Shown piece after piece: positions 36,265-36,531 of a DNA stretch of 36,531 nt. Made by a program: the position numbers and the translations under genes. Source of the DNA: Nemertoderma westbladi (Eukaryota; Animalia; Xenacoelomorpha); contig JAUCBJ010000401.1 of NCBI GenBank assembly GCA_032718475.1, forward strand, positions 1 to 36,531, in the 5' to 3' direction. Position 1 is the stretch's first letter. Each line of letters starts with the position of its first letter. Under the pieces are notes generated by a model. The model had not been told where the DNA came from, ran no database searches, and was given only the letters and a program-made list of their open reading frames with translations.

Positions 36265-36435
36265 ATTTACCGAGCGTCAGCGAGGTTTTTATTTAGTTTA
36301 TTTAATTATTTAATGTTCTCGAATATTTATTACGTAACTAGAGAGCCGCTCAACTACAGTACATAAACCAATATTGGATATTGAGTTCCGTTTGGAATTC
36401 GCCTTGCCGACACTAAAGTTGCAATAACTTTTGAG
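36265..36435. repeat. Dispersed repeat (Helentron/DINE-like start), related to 7704-7865
   Basis: tttaccgagcgtcagcgagg motif followed by the inverted homologue of 7704-7865. Confidence 0.6.
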
Positions 36436-36531
36436 TGCGTGAAAGAAGTTCACTCAAATTACGTGCAAACCGTTTCTACGTCGATGCTCTTTAAGAAATT
36501 CAACGCAATATTTTATTTGACCTTTTTTTGC

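Overview
AT-rich, repeat-rich eukaryotic (invertebrate-like) genomic DNA. Host genes are a complete 3-exon coatomer gamma subunit gene (COPG, minus strand, 7376->3453, about 876 aa) and a single-exon 142-aa ORF made only of two PKC-type C1 domains (34150-34578, +). The centre (about 15117-29460, minus strand) is a 14.3-kb decayed BEL/Pao LTR retrotransposon with an unusually long Gag N-terminus, PR-RT-RH-IN, a 3.2-kb leader and a large non-Env-looking extra ORF in the env position. It lies between two same-orientation blocks of one 28-bp satellite, and its 3' end/LTR is missing. The rest holds 44-, 60- and 21-bp tandem repeats, a CR1/L2 LINE 3' fragment, a tRNA-derived SINE, two Tc1/mariner-pogo-like MITEs, a foldback-like inverted repeat and Helentron/DINE-like dispersed repeats. 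All family calls come from reading motifs by eye; no database search was run.
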